From: Cytophagaceae bacterium
GTDB taxonomy: Bacteria > Bacteroidota > Bacteroidia > Cytophagales > Cytophagaceae
Assembly: GCA_014376985.1 (NCBI GenBank)
Contig: JACMQM010000104.1
Coordinates: 1-49,699 of the forward strand
Direction of reading: 5' to 3'
DNA: 49,699 bases
Shown piece by piece: positions 25,465 through 34,244 of this stretch. The translations under genes were made by a program, and so were the position numbers. The notes beneath the pieces were generated by a model. It saw nothing but the letters and a program-made list of their open reading frames with translations. It searched no databases and was not told where the DNA came from. Position 1 is the stretch's first letter. Each line of letters begins with the position of its first letter.

Positions 25465-26946
25465 ATGTCATTCCTAAATACATTAGTTACACTCTCTAGA
25501 CAACTTTATCCTACTGGACGTGCATTTAAAATGCCCAGATTGGGGTTTCTTGAAACTCTGCATAAAGCACTGGGGGAAAGTGAATCGCGCGCGTACACGG
25601 ATGCTCTTAGTATTCTGTATAATATTTTACCAGATTCTACCAATTTCACTATAGACGATATACGGGCATGGGAGAAACGTTTGGGGATGATTACAAACGA
25701 AAGTGTTTCCATTGGCGATAGGAGGCTGGCTATACGCCGCAAAATGAACTTCCCGGATCAGAAGGCGAGACAAAATTGGCGCTTCTTACAAGGGCAGTTA
25801 AGGGCCGCTGGTTTTGATGTGTACGTTTATGAAAACAGATTCAATAATGTGCCCCGAGCTATTGTTATCAATTTCGGAGATAGTACTGTCAAAGAATTTA
25901 ATACCAATAATGGTTCTTATTTGTCTGGATCAGATGTGACAACTGGCGGCATAATGAGCGATCCCAGAGGGTTGTGCGTTGAAGGGAATAGAATTTACAT
26001 CACTGATGCGGTATTACTAAAAGTATTTGTTTTTGATAAAACAACCGGATTACATATTCCTGGCGAGGATTTTGGATTCGGCACCCTTATACAACCTTAT
26101 GGTATTTCTATTGAGAACGGCTTGGCTTATGTATCGGGCGCGGTGAGTGCCATTTATGTTTTCAATGTTATTACCAAAGCTTATGTAATGACGATTGGAG
26201 CTGGTGTGCTTGGTAATCCTCAATACATACATGTAAAAGACGGTGTTGTTTATATTGCCGATTTTTCGGGGCATAAAATTAACAGGTTTAACTCAACATC
26301 TGGTGCGAATTTAGGGGCAGTAGGAACTTCAACACTGGCCAGCGCGATAACACCATACGTTGACTCTGGGAAACTATTTATTACCGATTACATTGGAAAT
26401 AAAGTATCAGTTTTTGATACTGTTACTGGTGATTTTCTTTACAACATATCTACAGATTTGGTCCAGCCGAGAGGCCTTACTGTTTATGATGGTAAATTAT
26501 TTGTAACAAGTTTTGCAACCGATACGGTAATTGTTTTTAACTCAAATACCGGAGCACGCATAAATTATCTAGATATAGGGCCATCAAATCTAAGCGACCC
26601 CGTATCAATAGCAATATCCCCGTTTCCATCAAGCTACTATACACGCACTGCACTTGAAGTTACTGGTGGATTAGGAGGTGTGCCTTTTGAATACGACGTA
26701 TACGAATATGACTCTTCGGATTCAGGAGAGGATATCTATCAAAATATTGTTGCAAACCATATCGATGAATCTATCGATTGGCAGTTTGTTGTTGGAGACA
26801 ATTTAAGGAGTACATTCTTTATTGGTGGCCCTACATTGGGATCATTTGCCAATATTCCGATAGCAAGAAAAGAAGAATTTAGACAGCTGATTTTAAAAAT
26901 TAAGCCGGTCCAAACAATAGGTTATTTATTTGTAAATTATATTTGA
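25465..26946 (+). CDS. baseplate wedge protein (DUF2313 / Mu gp48-like N-terminus) fused to an NHL-type beta-propeller
   Basis: N-terminus LYPTGRAFK...ILPDSTNFTIDDIRAWEKRLGM. The C-terminus has about six repeats such as GNRIYITDAVLLKVFVFD, GVVYIADFSGHKINRFN, GKLFITDYIGNKVSVFD and GKLFVTSFATDTVIVFN. Confidence 0.6.
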   Translation: MSFLNTLVTLSRQLYPTGRAFKMPRLGFLETLHKALGESESRAYTDALSILYNILPDSTNFTIDDIRAWEKRLGMITNESVSIGDRRLAIRRKMNFPDQKARQNWRFLQGQLRAAGFDVYVYENRFNNVPRAIVINFGDSTVKEFNTNNGSYLSGSDVTTGGIMSDPRGLCVEGNRIYITDAVLLKVFVFDKTTGLHIPGEDFGFGTLIQPYGISIENGLAYVSGAVSAIYVFNVITKAYVMTIGAGVLGNPQYIHVKDGVVYIADFSGHKINRFNSTSGANLGAVGTSTLASAITPYVDSGKLFITDYIGNKVSVFDTVTGDFLYNISTDLVQPRGLTVYDGKLFVTSFATDTVIVFNSNTGARINYLDIGPSNLSDPVSIAISPFPSSYYTRTALEVTGGLGGVPFEYDVYEYDSSDSGEDIYQNIVANHIDESIDWQFVVGDNLRSTFFIGGPTLGSFANIPIARKEEFRQLILKIKPVQTIGYLFVNYI

Positions 26947-26947
26947 T

Positions 26948-27823
26948 ATGGCCAGAGGAATAGAAAATTTTCCAGTACACGAAACACCGACAAGCGATTA
27001 CCCATCAGGTAATATAAAAGATAGAGTTGGGACAGATCCAGGAACAAAAATAAATAAATTTTCCAATGGGGATATTTTTCAATTCTTTGCAAAATTTCTC
27101 CGGATACTTGGTGTTTCTCCAAACGGAAATCCAGAAAACGAAACCAATGGTTATCAGTATGTTCAATCTGTAATTGATGTAATGCATCAAGAGATTACGG
27201 ATGGTATTGTTAGAGCAATGTTAGATTCATATGCTTTTAATGACCTAATTAAATTTCAAGGTGCTATTGTTAGTGTAGGATCAATTCCGGGATCCAGTAC
27301 AATAACTGCGGGAGAAATATTTTACAATGGTAAATTATATAAAGTTCCTGCTGCTACTGTTATTACTGGAATTGGGGATACACTTGTTTTTAAAATTGAC
27401 AATTCAAAAACCCCAAATCAAATCTACTTAACAAATGGAACATCTGGAATCGCAAACTATAACGCAACAACTGTAAAAAACTATAAAGAAGTAATTGCTG
27501 GTATTTATATCCCACTAACATTAACAGGAGGTGCCACTGTTTTGGGGGCTGTTGCCCCAGCATATAGATTGGACCAGTTTGGTTTTGTTAGATTAAGAGG
27601 CGCTTATTCAGTCCCTTATAACTCAGTAGTTGAACACTTTTCATTACCAATTAGTGTAAGACCATCACATGAGACTTGGTATTGGAATGGCCGGAGCACA
27701 GTAGGCAATACTGTTGTTCAAATAAGCATTGCAACAAATGGAGATGCCGATATGATTCTTCCAACATCAGTTACATCTGGATCGATAGAGTTTAATTTAG
27801 AAGGTATTTCGTTTAAGCTATAA
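26948..27823 (+). CDS. tail fibre / receptor-binding protein (putative)
   Basis: 291 aa, lying after the baseplate wedge genes. Confidence 0.45.
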   Translation: MARGIENFPVHETPTSDYPSGNIKDRVGTDPGTKINKFSNGDIFQFFAKFLRILGVSPNGNPENETNGYQYVQSVIDVMHQEITDGIVRAMLDSYAFNDLIKFQGAIVSVGSIPGSSTITAGEIFYNGKLYKVPAATVITGIGDTLVFKIDNSKTPNQIYLTNGTSGIANYNATTVKNYKEVIAGIYIPLTLTGGATVLGAVAPAYRLDQFGFVRLRGAYSVPYNSVVEHFSLPISVRPSHETWYWNGRSTVGNTVVQISIATNGDADMILPTSVTSGSIEFNLEGISFKL

Positions 27824-27835
27824 ATAAATATAATT

Positions 27836-28270
27836 TTAGTACTCTCTTTTTAAGTAATAGCTTTGCGCGGTTGATTGGTCATTTGTATACAGCTGAGTAA
27901 GTTTTAATTGGTTACAATTATATACACTTAATTTATACCCATTGTTTGAATTGTCAGAGTAATTAATTATTGAGTAGTCATTAGAATAAACAACTTGGTT
28001 CTGATTTGATCCAATCGTTAAAGTTGTCGGTGTTGCCGTTACCGTTATTTCTGAAGGTGATACTGATATAACACCTTCCCCAGTTTGAGAACCATAAAGC
28101 TTCCATATTCCATACAAAATATCTTTTCTATTCGTACAGTATATAGTGTCTTTTTCAATAACTGTTACAGTGGTTGTGTTTGTAATTACTTGTGGTTTAA
28201 CATCTTCTTTTTTACACGAGGTTAATATAGCAGATAACAAACAAAGGATTACTAATACATTTTTTTTCAT
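27836..28270 (-). CDS. lipoprotein (moron)
   Basis: MKKNVLVILCLLSAILTSCKKED gives a signal peptide with an LTSC lipobox. It is a lone reverse-strand gene in an AT-rich segment inside the tail module. Confidence 0.75.
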   Translation of the reverse strand: MKKNVLVILCLLSAILTSCKKEDVKPQVITNTTTVTVIEKDTIYCTNRKDILYGIWKLYGSQTGEGVISVSPSEITVTATPTTLTIGSNQNQVVYSNDYSIINYSDNSNNGYKLSVYNCNQLKLTQLYTNDQSTAQSYYLKREY

Positions 28271-28316
28271 AAATCTATTTTTTAAGTGTATTCAAAGATG
28301 TAAATTATTATTATAA

Positions 28317-28334
28317 TGTCCAAATATTTGGACA
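28317..28334. promoter_or_regulatory. perfect 18-bp palindrome TGTCCAAATATTTGGACA
   Basis: Lies in the divergent intergenic region 28271-28452. Near-identical palindromes occur at 45064-45081 and 45853-45870. Confidence 0.6.
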
Positions 28335-28452
28335 ATTATCTACAAAAAACGCCTCTTAATCTGCATGTTATAACACGAAGTTGATAATAAATCTTTGATT
28401 ATATTTTGATTCGTCTAAAAATATGTTTAGAAACACCTATATTTATAATTAG

Positions 28453-29187
28453 ATGAGGCTAAATATCGACGCTACCGAAGTGCTAAAATTCCGGCATACC
28501 CTGGAATTGATAAGCAAATCCGCCCTTCCGGTAGCGGTTAGAGGAACTCTCAACAAAGCCGCATACAATACTAAGAAAAAGACCCTTTTGGAGGAGTCTA
28601 AAAAGGCTTTTATAAATCGTTCCCCCAACTTTTTTAAAGCAAATAGCCGGGTTGAGATGGCCCAGGGATTTGATATTTCCACTATGCAATCCACTATTGG
28701 TATGGTTTCCACAAACCTAAAGGGAGGGAACAACCACGCCGTAAAAGACCTAGAGGACCAAGAGCATGGCGGAAGTATCGGTGGGCGATCTTTCATTCCA
28801 ACAGCACAGGCCCGGGGAGGAAATCCAAATAAAAACGTTCGTCCTTCTAACCGCATTACAGCGCTTCAGAACATGGTAAACGTCCGTAATGCACGTGGTA
28901 AAACATGGGCGGAAAAGGCTATAAAAACAGCGGTACATGCGCGAGTCGGAGGTATTGTAATGAATCCTGGTAACCCTGGCGGCATGGTGTGGAGGATAAC
29001 TTCAATCAAGCGGGCCGGCGGTCGTGTTAGATTCAGAAAAGTTAATCTGTATTCATACACAAAAAACCGTGATGTAAAAGTTGCCGGTACACATTTCATG
29101 CGCAGAGCAAGTATGACAAGTGGTAAAAAAATTGAAGACTATTTTATTGAAGAAGCTCGCCGTCAGATAACGAAGTTATACAAATGA
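28453..29187 (+). CDS. virion structural/morphogenesis protein, unknown role
   Basis: 244 aa, basic, the first gene after the lipoprotein moron. Confidence 0.45.
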   Translation: MRLNIDATEVLKFRHTLELISKSALPVAVRGTLNKAAYNTKKKTLLEESKKAFINRSPNFFKANSRVEMAQGFDISTMQSTIGMVSTNLKGGNNHAVKDLEDQEHGGSIGGRSFIPTAQARGGNPNKNVRPSNRITALQNMVNVRNARGKTWAEKAIKTAVHARVGGIVMNPGNPGGMVWRITSIKRAGGRVRFRKVNLYSYTKNRDVKVAGTHFMRRASMTSGKKIEDYFIEEARRQITKLYK

Positions 29188-30401
29188 GTTGGTTAGATAA
29201 GATACAGACAGACTTTATAATAACCACTGGGGACGGAGCCAAGTTTTATCCCTTATGGATGAACGCGACTAAAAACAAAGAGTACAACCTCGCGGAGTTT
29301 GAATTTCCAGATACACCGGGTACACTAGTTGATAGGGCACAACCTAAAGGGAAACGATATATCTTGGAGTTATTCTTTCAAGGTGCGGACCACTTGGATA
29401 TTTCTGACTCATTCGATAGGTCTGCCGATGATAAACGTGCATGGGTTATTTCACATCCATTGTATGGAAGTCTAACGGTACAACCGGCGAGTATAAATTT
29501 TGATAATACTCAATTCAACTCTACTAAAATTACCGTGGCTGTAATCGAGACCATTGTAACAGGTGGGCCAAAGTTCACACAGGATCCGGTTGATAAAATT
29601 TCATTCGATAAAAACAATCTTGATGACACAACCGTCGATGCATTTGATGTTGTGCCAAATGCCAAGGATATAAATACTTTGACCGCAAATAATAAGGCAT
29701 CATACTCTGCGGGTGCAAAGAAAGTACCGACTATAAACGCAGAAGCTTATTTTAACTCTTTCAATGCAGCAAATACAGCCATTGCCAACGCAACGGCCCA
29801 ACCTTTGGCGGCGATTAGAGCGTCACAGGCCGTAATAAATGCTCCTTCACAATTTCAATCTTCTGTAAAGGATAGATTTTCTTTGATAGGTTCCCAGTTT
29901 TCTAACCTATTATTGTCTGTCAAAGGATCCACCACCAGGGCCTCGAAGAAAATATTCGAAAGTAACGGCACTACTTTAGTATCATCTATGGCTCTGGCAT
30001 CAGCTAACCCAATACAAGGGGATTACACAGATGCCAATAGTGTGTATGATATTATTGACTCTTTACTCAACACACACAATACGTTTATAGAAAAATTAGA
30101 TTCTCTTCAAAGCCTTAACGGCGGGGATCCTGATAGCTACATTCCGGATGCTGATGCTATAAGTGGAATGACAAACTTGGTAAATTTTTCTGTTTCCAAT
30201 TTGTTCACTATTGCAATGGGAGCGAAACAGGAAAGAAGTTTTTATCTGGATGCTGATTCGAATATTATAAATGTTACCCACAAAGTATTGAGACTCGTCC
30301 CGGATGATTCAACACTTGATACATTTATCAACATAAACAACATTGGGATAAACGAAATGTTGGTTTTAAAAAAAGGAAGAAAAATTATCTACTACGTATA
30401 A
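29184..30401 (+). CDS. Mu gp43-like 'DNA circulation' tail/baseplate protein
   Basis: N-terminus ...FEFPDTPGTLVDRAQPKGKRYILELFFQGADH...ISHPLYGSLTVQP resembles the DNA_circ_N pattern (EYPxRD...LVHPxxG). Confidence 0.5.
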   Translation: MSWLDKIQTDFIITTGDGAKFYPLWMNATKNKEYNLAEFEFPDTPGTLVDRAQPKGKRYILELFFQGADHLDISDSFDRSADDKRAWVISHPLYGSLTVQPASINFDNTQFNSTKITVAVIETIVTGGPKFTQDPVDKISFDKNNLDDTTVDAFDVVPNAKDINTLTANNKASYSAGAKKVPTINAEAYFNSFNAANTAIANATAQPLAAIRASQAVINAPSQFQSSVKDRFSLIGSQFSNLLLSVKGSTTRASKKIFESNGTTLVSSMALASANPIQGDYTDANSVYDIIDSLLNTHNTFIEKLDSLQSLNGGDPDSYIPDADAISGMTNLVNFSVSNLFTIAMGAKQERSFYLDADSNIINVTHKVLRLVPDDSTLDTFININNIGINEMLVLKKGRKIIYYV

Positions 30402-31466
30402 ATGATTTTAAAGATCAACGATAGATTGCGGGTACGCACAGTGGAGAAGTTCAATAATTTCAATTTGAACTTAAAGCATGATGCCGTTGCTTCAACTTTC
30501 GCATTTGATTTTTATTACGATCCAGCAAACTCAGAACATAAACAATTGGCTTGTTTAAGCCATTATCATTACGTGACTGTAGAGGATAACGGCGAGTTGC
30601 TGCTTACTGGTACACTTTTATCCAATGTCTTTAATAGTTCAAACGTTCGGGAACTGGTGGCGTTTGGTGGTTATTCTAAACCTGGTGTATTGGAGGATTG
30701 TCAAATACCAATATCTGCATACCCTTTGCAATCTGACGGCCTTACATTGAGGGAAATCGTTACACGTATTTTAAAACCTTTTCAACTCAACTTTGCCGTT
30801 GATGAATCTGTATCCGCAGCAATGGATAAGCCTTATGAAAAAACAACGGCATCCAATACTCAGACATGTAAAGACTATATCTGCGAACTGGCAACGCAAA
30901 GGGATATAATCGTCACACATACTAATAACGGTTGGCTCTACTTTACCAAAACACGAGCCGATAGAAATCCAATATTTCACTTTGAACAAGGGCAAACCGG
31001 AGTAAGCTTTTCACTTTCATTCAACGGACAAGGTATTCATTCACACATTACCGTAGTTAAAGAAGCTGACGATGTAGGAGGAAACGCCGGGGAGGTTACA
31101 ATTGTTAATCCATACTGCCCAATACTATACCGGCCAAAGGTTATTACGCAAAGCTCCGGCGATGATATCGATACAGGAACTGCGGCTAAAAATGCACTTG
31201 CAGAAGAGTTGAAAAACATCACCATCAAAATTACATTATCAAGCTGGTACATAAATAAAAAAATTATTAGGCCCAACCAGGTAATAAGCATCACAAACCC
31301 TGAACTATACATTTTCAAAAAAACGGATTTCTTTATTGAGTCCGTGGACCTGAAGGGGGATAATAAATCAAAGACCGCAGTACTGACATGTGTACTTAAA
31401 GAAGTGTATAATGATCAGGCGCCATCAAACATATTTGTATCGGACCATTACAAACAAAATGCATGA
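30402..31466 (+). CDS. baseplate hub protein (P2 gpD / Mu gp44-like)
   Basis: 354 aa. Size and position between the gp43-like and spike-like genes. Confidence 0.5.
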   Translation: MILKINDRLRVRTVEKFNNFNLNLKHDAVASTFAFDFYYDPANSEHKQLACLSHYHYVTVEDNGELLLTGTLLSNVFNSSNVRELVAFGGYSKPGVLEDCQIPISAYPLQSDGLTLREIVTRILKPFQLNFAVDESVSAAMDKPYEKTTASNTQTCKDYICELATQRDIIVTHTNNGWLYFTKTRADRNPIFHFEQGQTGVSFSLSFNGQGIHSHITVVKEADDVGGNAGEVTIVNPYCPILYRPKVITQSSGDDIDTGTAAKNALAEELKNITIKITLSSWYINKKIIRPNQVISITNPELYIFKKTDFFIESVDLKGDNKSKTAVLTCVLKEVYNDQAPSNIFVSDHYKQNA

Positions 31467-31969
31467 TAAGCTTTGTGAGAGTCATATCGACCGAAATAGA
31501 CAGCCTTACCAGACTGATCACAAAATTTTATCGATTCGGTAAATCTGACGTACAAACCGCAGTAGACGCTTCCCCATACGGTGTTGATGGAAATCCTATA
31601 AAGGACATGACAGCGGTATACATGCAGACCGGTACCAAGGGTAAAACGGTATTGGTTGGGTACCTAAATAAAAACAGGTTGGCAGCCCCTGGGGAACTTC
31701 GATTGTTTGCTACTGATGCAAGTGGTGCAGAACAAACATTCATTTGGTTAAAAGGAGATGGCACTATGAATCTGGCCGGTGATGCCGATAACATCGTAAG
31801 GTATTCACCACTTAATGAGGAGTTGAGTGATTTCAAAACAGCAATACAGCAACAACTCGTTTTAATTGCTTCTGGAATTGCTGCTGGCGGGGGATCTTAT
31901 TCCCCTGGTACTTTGATGTTGGACCTAACGGATGCCAAAGTCGTGGAAGTAAAAACGACAGGGCCATGA
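31463..31969 (+). CDS. baseplate spike / assembly protein V-like (Mu gp45)
   Basis: 168 aa. GELRLFATDASGAEQTFIWLKGDGTMNLAG resembles the gpV pattern. Confidence 0.5.
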   Translation: MISFVRVISTEIDSLTRLITKFYRFGKSDVQTAVDASPYGVDGNPIKDMTAVYMQTGTKGKTVLVGYLNKNRLAAPGELRLFATDASGAEQTFIWLKGDGTMNLAGDADNIVRYSPLNEELSDFKTAIQQQLVLIASGIAAGGGSYSPGTLMLDLTDAKVVEVKTTGP

Positions 31970-31990
31970 TAGAATTGATAGGGTGTTTAC

Positions 31991-32395
31991 TTGATGTTGC
32001 GTATTTATATTTCAAGGAAAGAATATGCCGAGTGGCACCGGGTAAAACAAACTAGTTTTTTAAAAGATAGCATTATGATAGTATTTGATTCGGCGAAACT
32101 CTACATAGAGAGCGCAACAACAATAAGAGACCGGATAGATAAAATCCAGTTAATTATCGATGCTTTGTTTACTTCAGCACTTGAATCTGCGGCCAATGCT
32201 GGTATACAACAGTACTCTTTAAATGATGGCCAGACGGTCATAAGTGAAGGGTACAAGGATCCTGCGTCTGTAATGAATGCTATACGGATATATGAACAAA
32301 TGAAAAAACATTATATCCGCCAATTAAACGGAGATGGTATGGTGCGTTTAGTTGATGGTAAAAACTTTAGAAGCGGTAACGGATATGGACGTTAA
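31991..32395 (+). CDS. gpW-like head-tail joining protein
   Basis: QQYSLNDGQTVISEGYKDPASVMNAIRIYEQMKKHY fits the gpW-type pattern. The true start may be ATG 32075. Sits directly upstream of the portal. Confidence 0.45.
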   Translation: MMLRIYISRKEYAEWHRVKQTSFLKDSIMIVFDSAKLYIESATTIRDRIDKIQLIIDALFTSALESAANAGIQQYSLNDGQTVISEGYKDPASVMNAIRIYEQMKKHYIRQLNGDGMVRLVDGKNFRSGNGYGR

Positions 32396-33998
32396 AGAAT
32401 ATTTGATCGGAGCAGTTGAGTACCTATTTCCTGATAAGGCGGTGGTACCGATGACACACAAAGCAAAAGAATACGAGCCAACAGCGGCAGCAACGTATCG
32501 TACATTGTTTACGGATTCATTCAATGGGGAGAAGAACCTGGGGGAGATTGGTCCGGTTAAAATGTATGCATTAGATTATTGTATCCTGCGCGCGCGATCC
32601 TGGCAGGCGTACCTGGAATCTGGGGTTACTCAAACCGTCCTCCGAAAGTTTACCCTTTGGATGGTTGGTGCTGGTCTAAAATTGCAATGTGAACCATCGA
32701 AGAAGTTTTTTGCAACGGAAGGGATTGATTTTGATGTGCATAAATTCTCTGAGCAGGTCGAGGCCAGGTGGCAGGTTTTTGCAAAATCTAAATGCGCGGA
32801 TTTTGCAAACATGGTTACGTTAAATAAGGTTCAACAACGAGCGTACCTTAATAGTATAATTGGTGGCGATGTGTTGGTCCTATTGCGTGTAATTAACGGC
32901 CAGGTGAAGGTACAGCTTGTGGATGGTGAACATGTGCAATCGCCTGGATATGGAAGCGACGCGTGGCCACAAGACTTACCAAATGGTAACCAGTTGAAGA
33001 ACGGTATAGAAACAGACCCGACAGGAGAACACATTGCATACTATGTCCGCAATGACAAGTATGAATATGAAAGAATACCTGCGCGTAATAGCACCGGTTT
33101 AATAATGGCTTATATGGTGTTTGGGTTAGAGTACCGCCTTGATAATAACAGGGGAGTACCTTTGATTACAACAGTTATGGAGAAGTTGGCCAAAATGAAC
33201 CGGTACGAGGAAGCCACCATCGGAAGCGCGGAAGAACGCCAGAAGATTGCCTATTTCTTTGAGCACGGTACCCAGTCAACAGGAGACTCCGCAATAATGA
33301 AGCAAATGGCCAAAGCCCGAAACGTTGACAGTAATAGCGACCAATTACCGGTTGATATAAGTGGTAACGCTTTGGCGGATTTGGTTGCAGCAACAACTAA
33401 TAAAATGACTTTCAACCTTACTCCGGACTCTACGGTAAAAATGTTGGATTCTAAAAACGAGTTGTATTTCAAAGATTTCTTTGGTGTCAATATAGACATT
33501 ATATGCGCGTGTATAGGCATTCCTCCCAACGTTGCCATGTCCAAGTACGACGATAGCTTCTCGGCGAGCAGAGCCGCTCTTAAAGACTGGGAGCACGTTC
33601 TAAATGTTGGGCGTGTTGACTTCTCGAGTCAGTTCCTGCAACCAATTTATAATCTATGGTTGGAAGTAGAAATATTGAAGAATAAAATACAGGCTCCGGG
33701 GTATCTCTTAGCAAAAGTAAACGGGAATGAGATGTTGATGTCCGCTTATCGTACCGCTCGTTTTGTTGGTCCGAATGTCCCTCACATTGATCCGTTGAAA
33801 GAAGTAAAAGCGGAAAGAGAAAAACTTGGCGCCTCTGGTGCAGATCTTCCTTTGACTACACTCGAAGCAGCAACTGAATCGCTTAATGGTGGAGAATCAT
33901 ATAATAATCTGGAACAGTACGCGGCAGAATTACAGCAAGCGAAAGACTTAAAAATAATTACTCCGGAACCAATACAAGTACCGCCAGGGAAGGATTAA
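32352..33998 (+). CDS. portal protein (lambda gpB family, putative)
   Basis: 548 aa, lying between the gpW-like gene and the protease/decoration/capsid genes. The start is uncertain (overlaps the upstream ORF). Confidence 0.7.
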   Translation: MMVKTLEAVTDMDVKEYLIGAVEYLFPDKAVVPMTHKAKEYEPTAAATYRTLFTDSFNGEKNLGEIGPVKMYALDYCILRARSWQAYLESGVTQTVLRKFTLWMVGAGLKLQCEPSKKFFATEGIDFDVHKFSEQVEARWQVFAKSKCADFANMVTLNKVQQRAYLNSIIGGDVLVLLRVINGQVKVQLVDGEHVQSPGYGSDAWPQDLPNGNQLKNGIETDPTGEHIAYYVRNDKYEYERIPARNSTGLIMAYMVFGLEYRLDNNRGVPLITTVMEKLAKMNRYEEATIGSAEERQKIAYFFEHGTQSTGDSAIMKQMAKARNVDSNSDQLPVDISGNALADLVAATTNKMTFNLTPDSTVKMLDSKNELYFKDFFGVNIDIICACIGIPPNVAMSKYDDSFSASRAALKDWEHVLNVGRVDFSSQFLQPIYNLWLEVEILKNKIQAPGYLLAKVNGNEMLMSAYRTARFVGPNVPHIDPLKEVKAEREKLGASGADLPLTTLEAATESLNGGESYNNLEQYAAELQQAKDLKIITPEPIQVPPGKD

Positions 33999-34012
33999 TC
34001 AATCCTTCCCTG
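33985..34012. terminator. 12-bp perfect hairpin spanning two convergent stop codons
   Basis: CAGGGAAGGATT-AATC-AATCCTTCCCTG followed by CTTTT. Contains the portal TAA (33996-33998) and the minus-strand TAA (33995-33997). Confidence 0.65.
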
Positions 34013-34162
34013 CTTTTCGCGTTCACTATGCTTATCTAATATATCGCGTAGTTGAAAACGCATGAAATCGTTAAGGGTAATACCTTTGTTTTTGGCGATG
34101 TTCTGTAACCCCTCTTTTATATCAGAAGCTACGTTTCTTATTCTCATTTCATTTTTAGCCAT
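33995..34162 (-). CDS. 55-aa ribbon-helix-helix (CopG/Arc-like) protein (not in ORF track)
   Basis: Hand translation of the reverse complement gives MAKNEMRIRNVASDIKEGLQNIAKNKGITLNDFMRFQLRDILDKHSEREKQGRID. The RIRNV strand plus two helices is RHH-like. TTAGAC repeats overlap its start. Confidence 0.6.
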   Translation of the reverse strand: MAKNEMRIRNVASDIKEGLQNIAKNKGITLNDFMRFQLRDILDKHSEREKQGRID

Positions 34163-34203
34163 TAGACAGGTCTAAATAAATATTTAGACAAACCTAATAT
34201 TTT

Positions 34204-34229
34204 TATTTCTGTCCCCTCTTTGGGGACAG
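34204..34229 (+). repeat. 26-nt hairpin element, copy 2
   Basis: Identical to 19117-19142. Followed by GATTTTTT and lies 15 nt upstream of the protease ATG. Confidence 0.85.
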
Positions 34230-34244
34230 GATTTTTTATCCCCC

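Noticed and set aside
28449-28856. 135-aa minus-strand ORF opposite 28453-29187
   Set aside because: It completely overlaps a plus-strand ORF that is translationally coupled to the downstream baseplate genes. No independent support.
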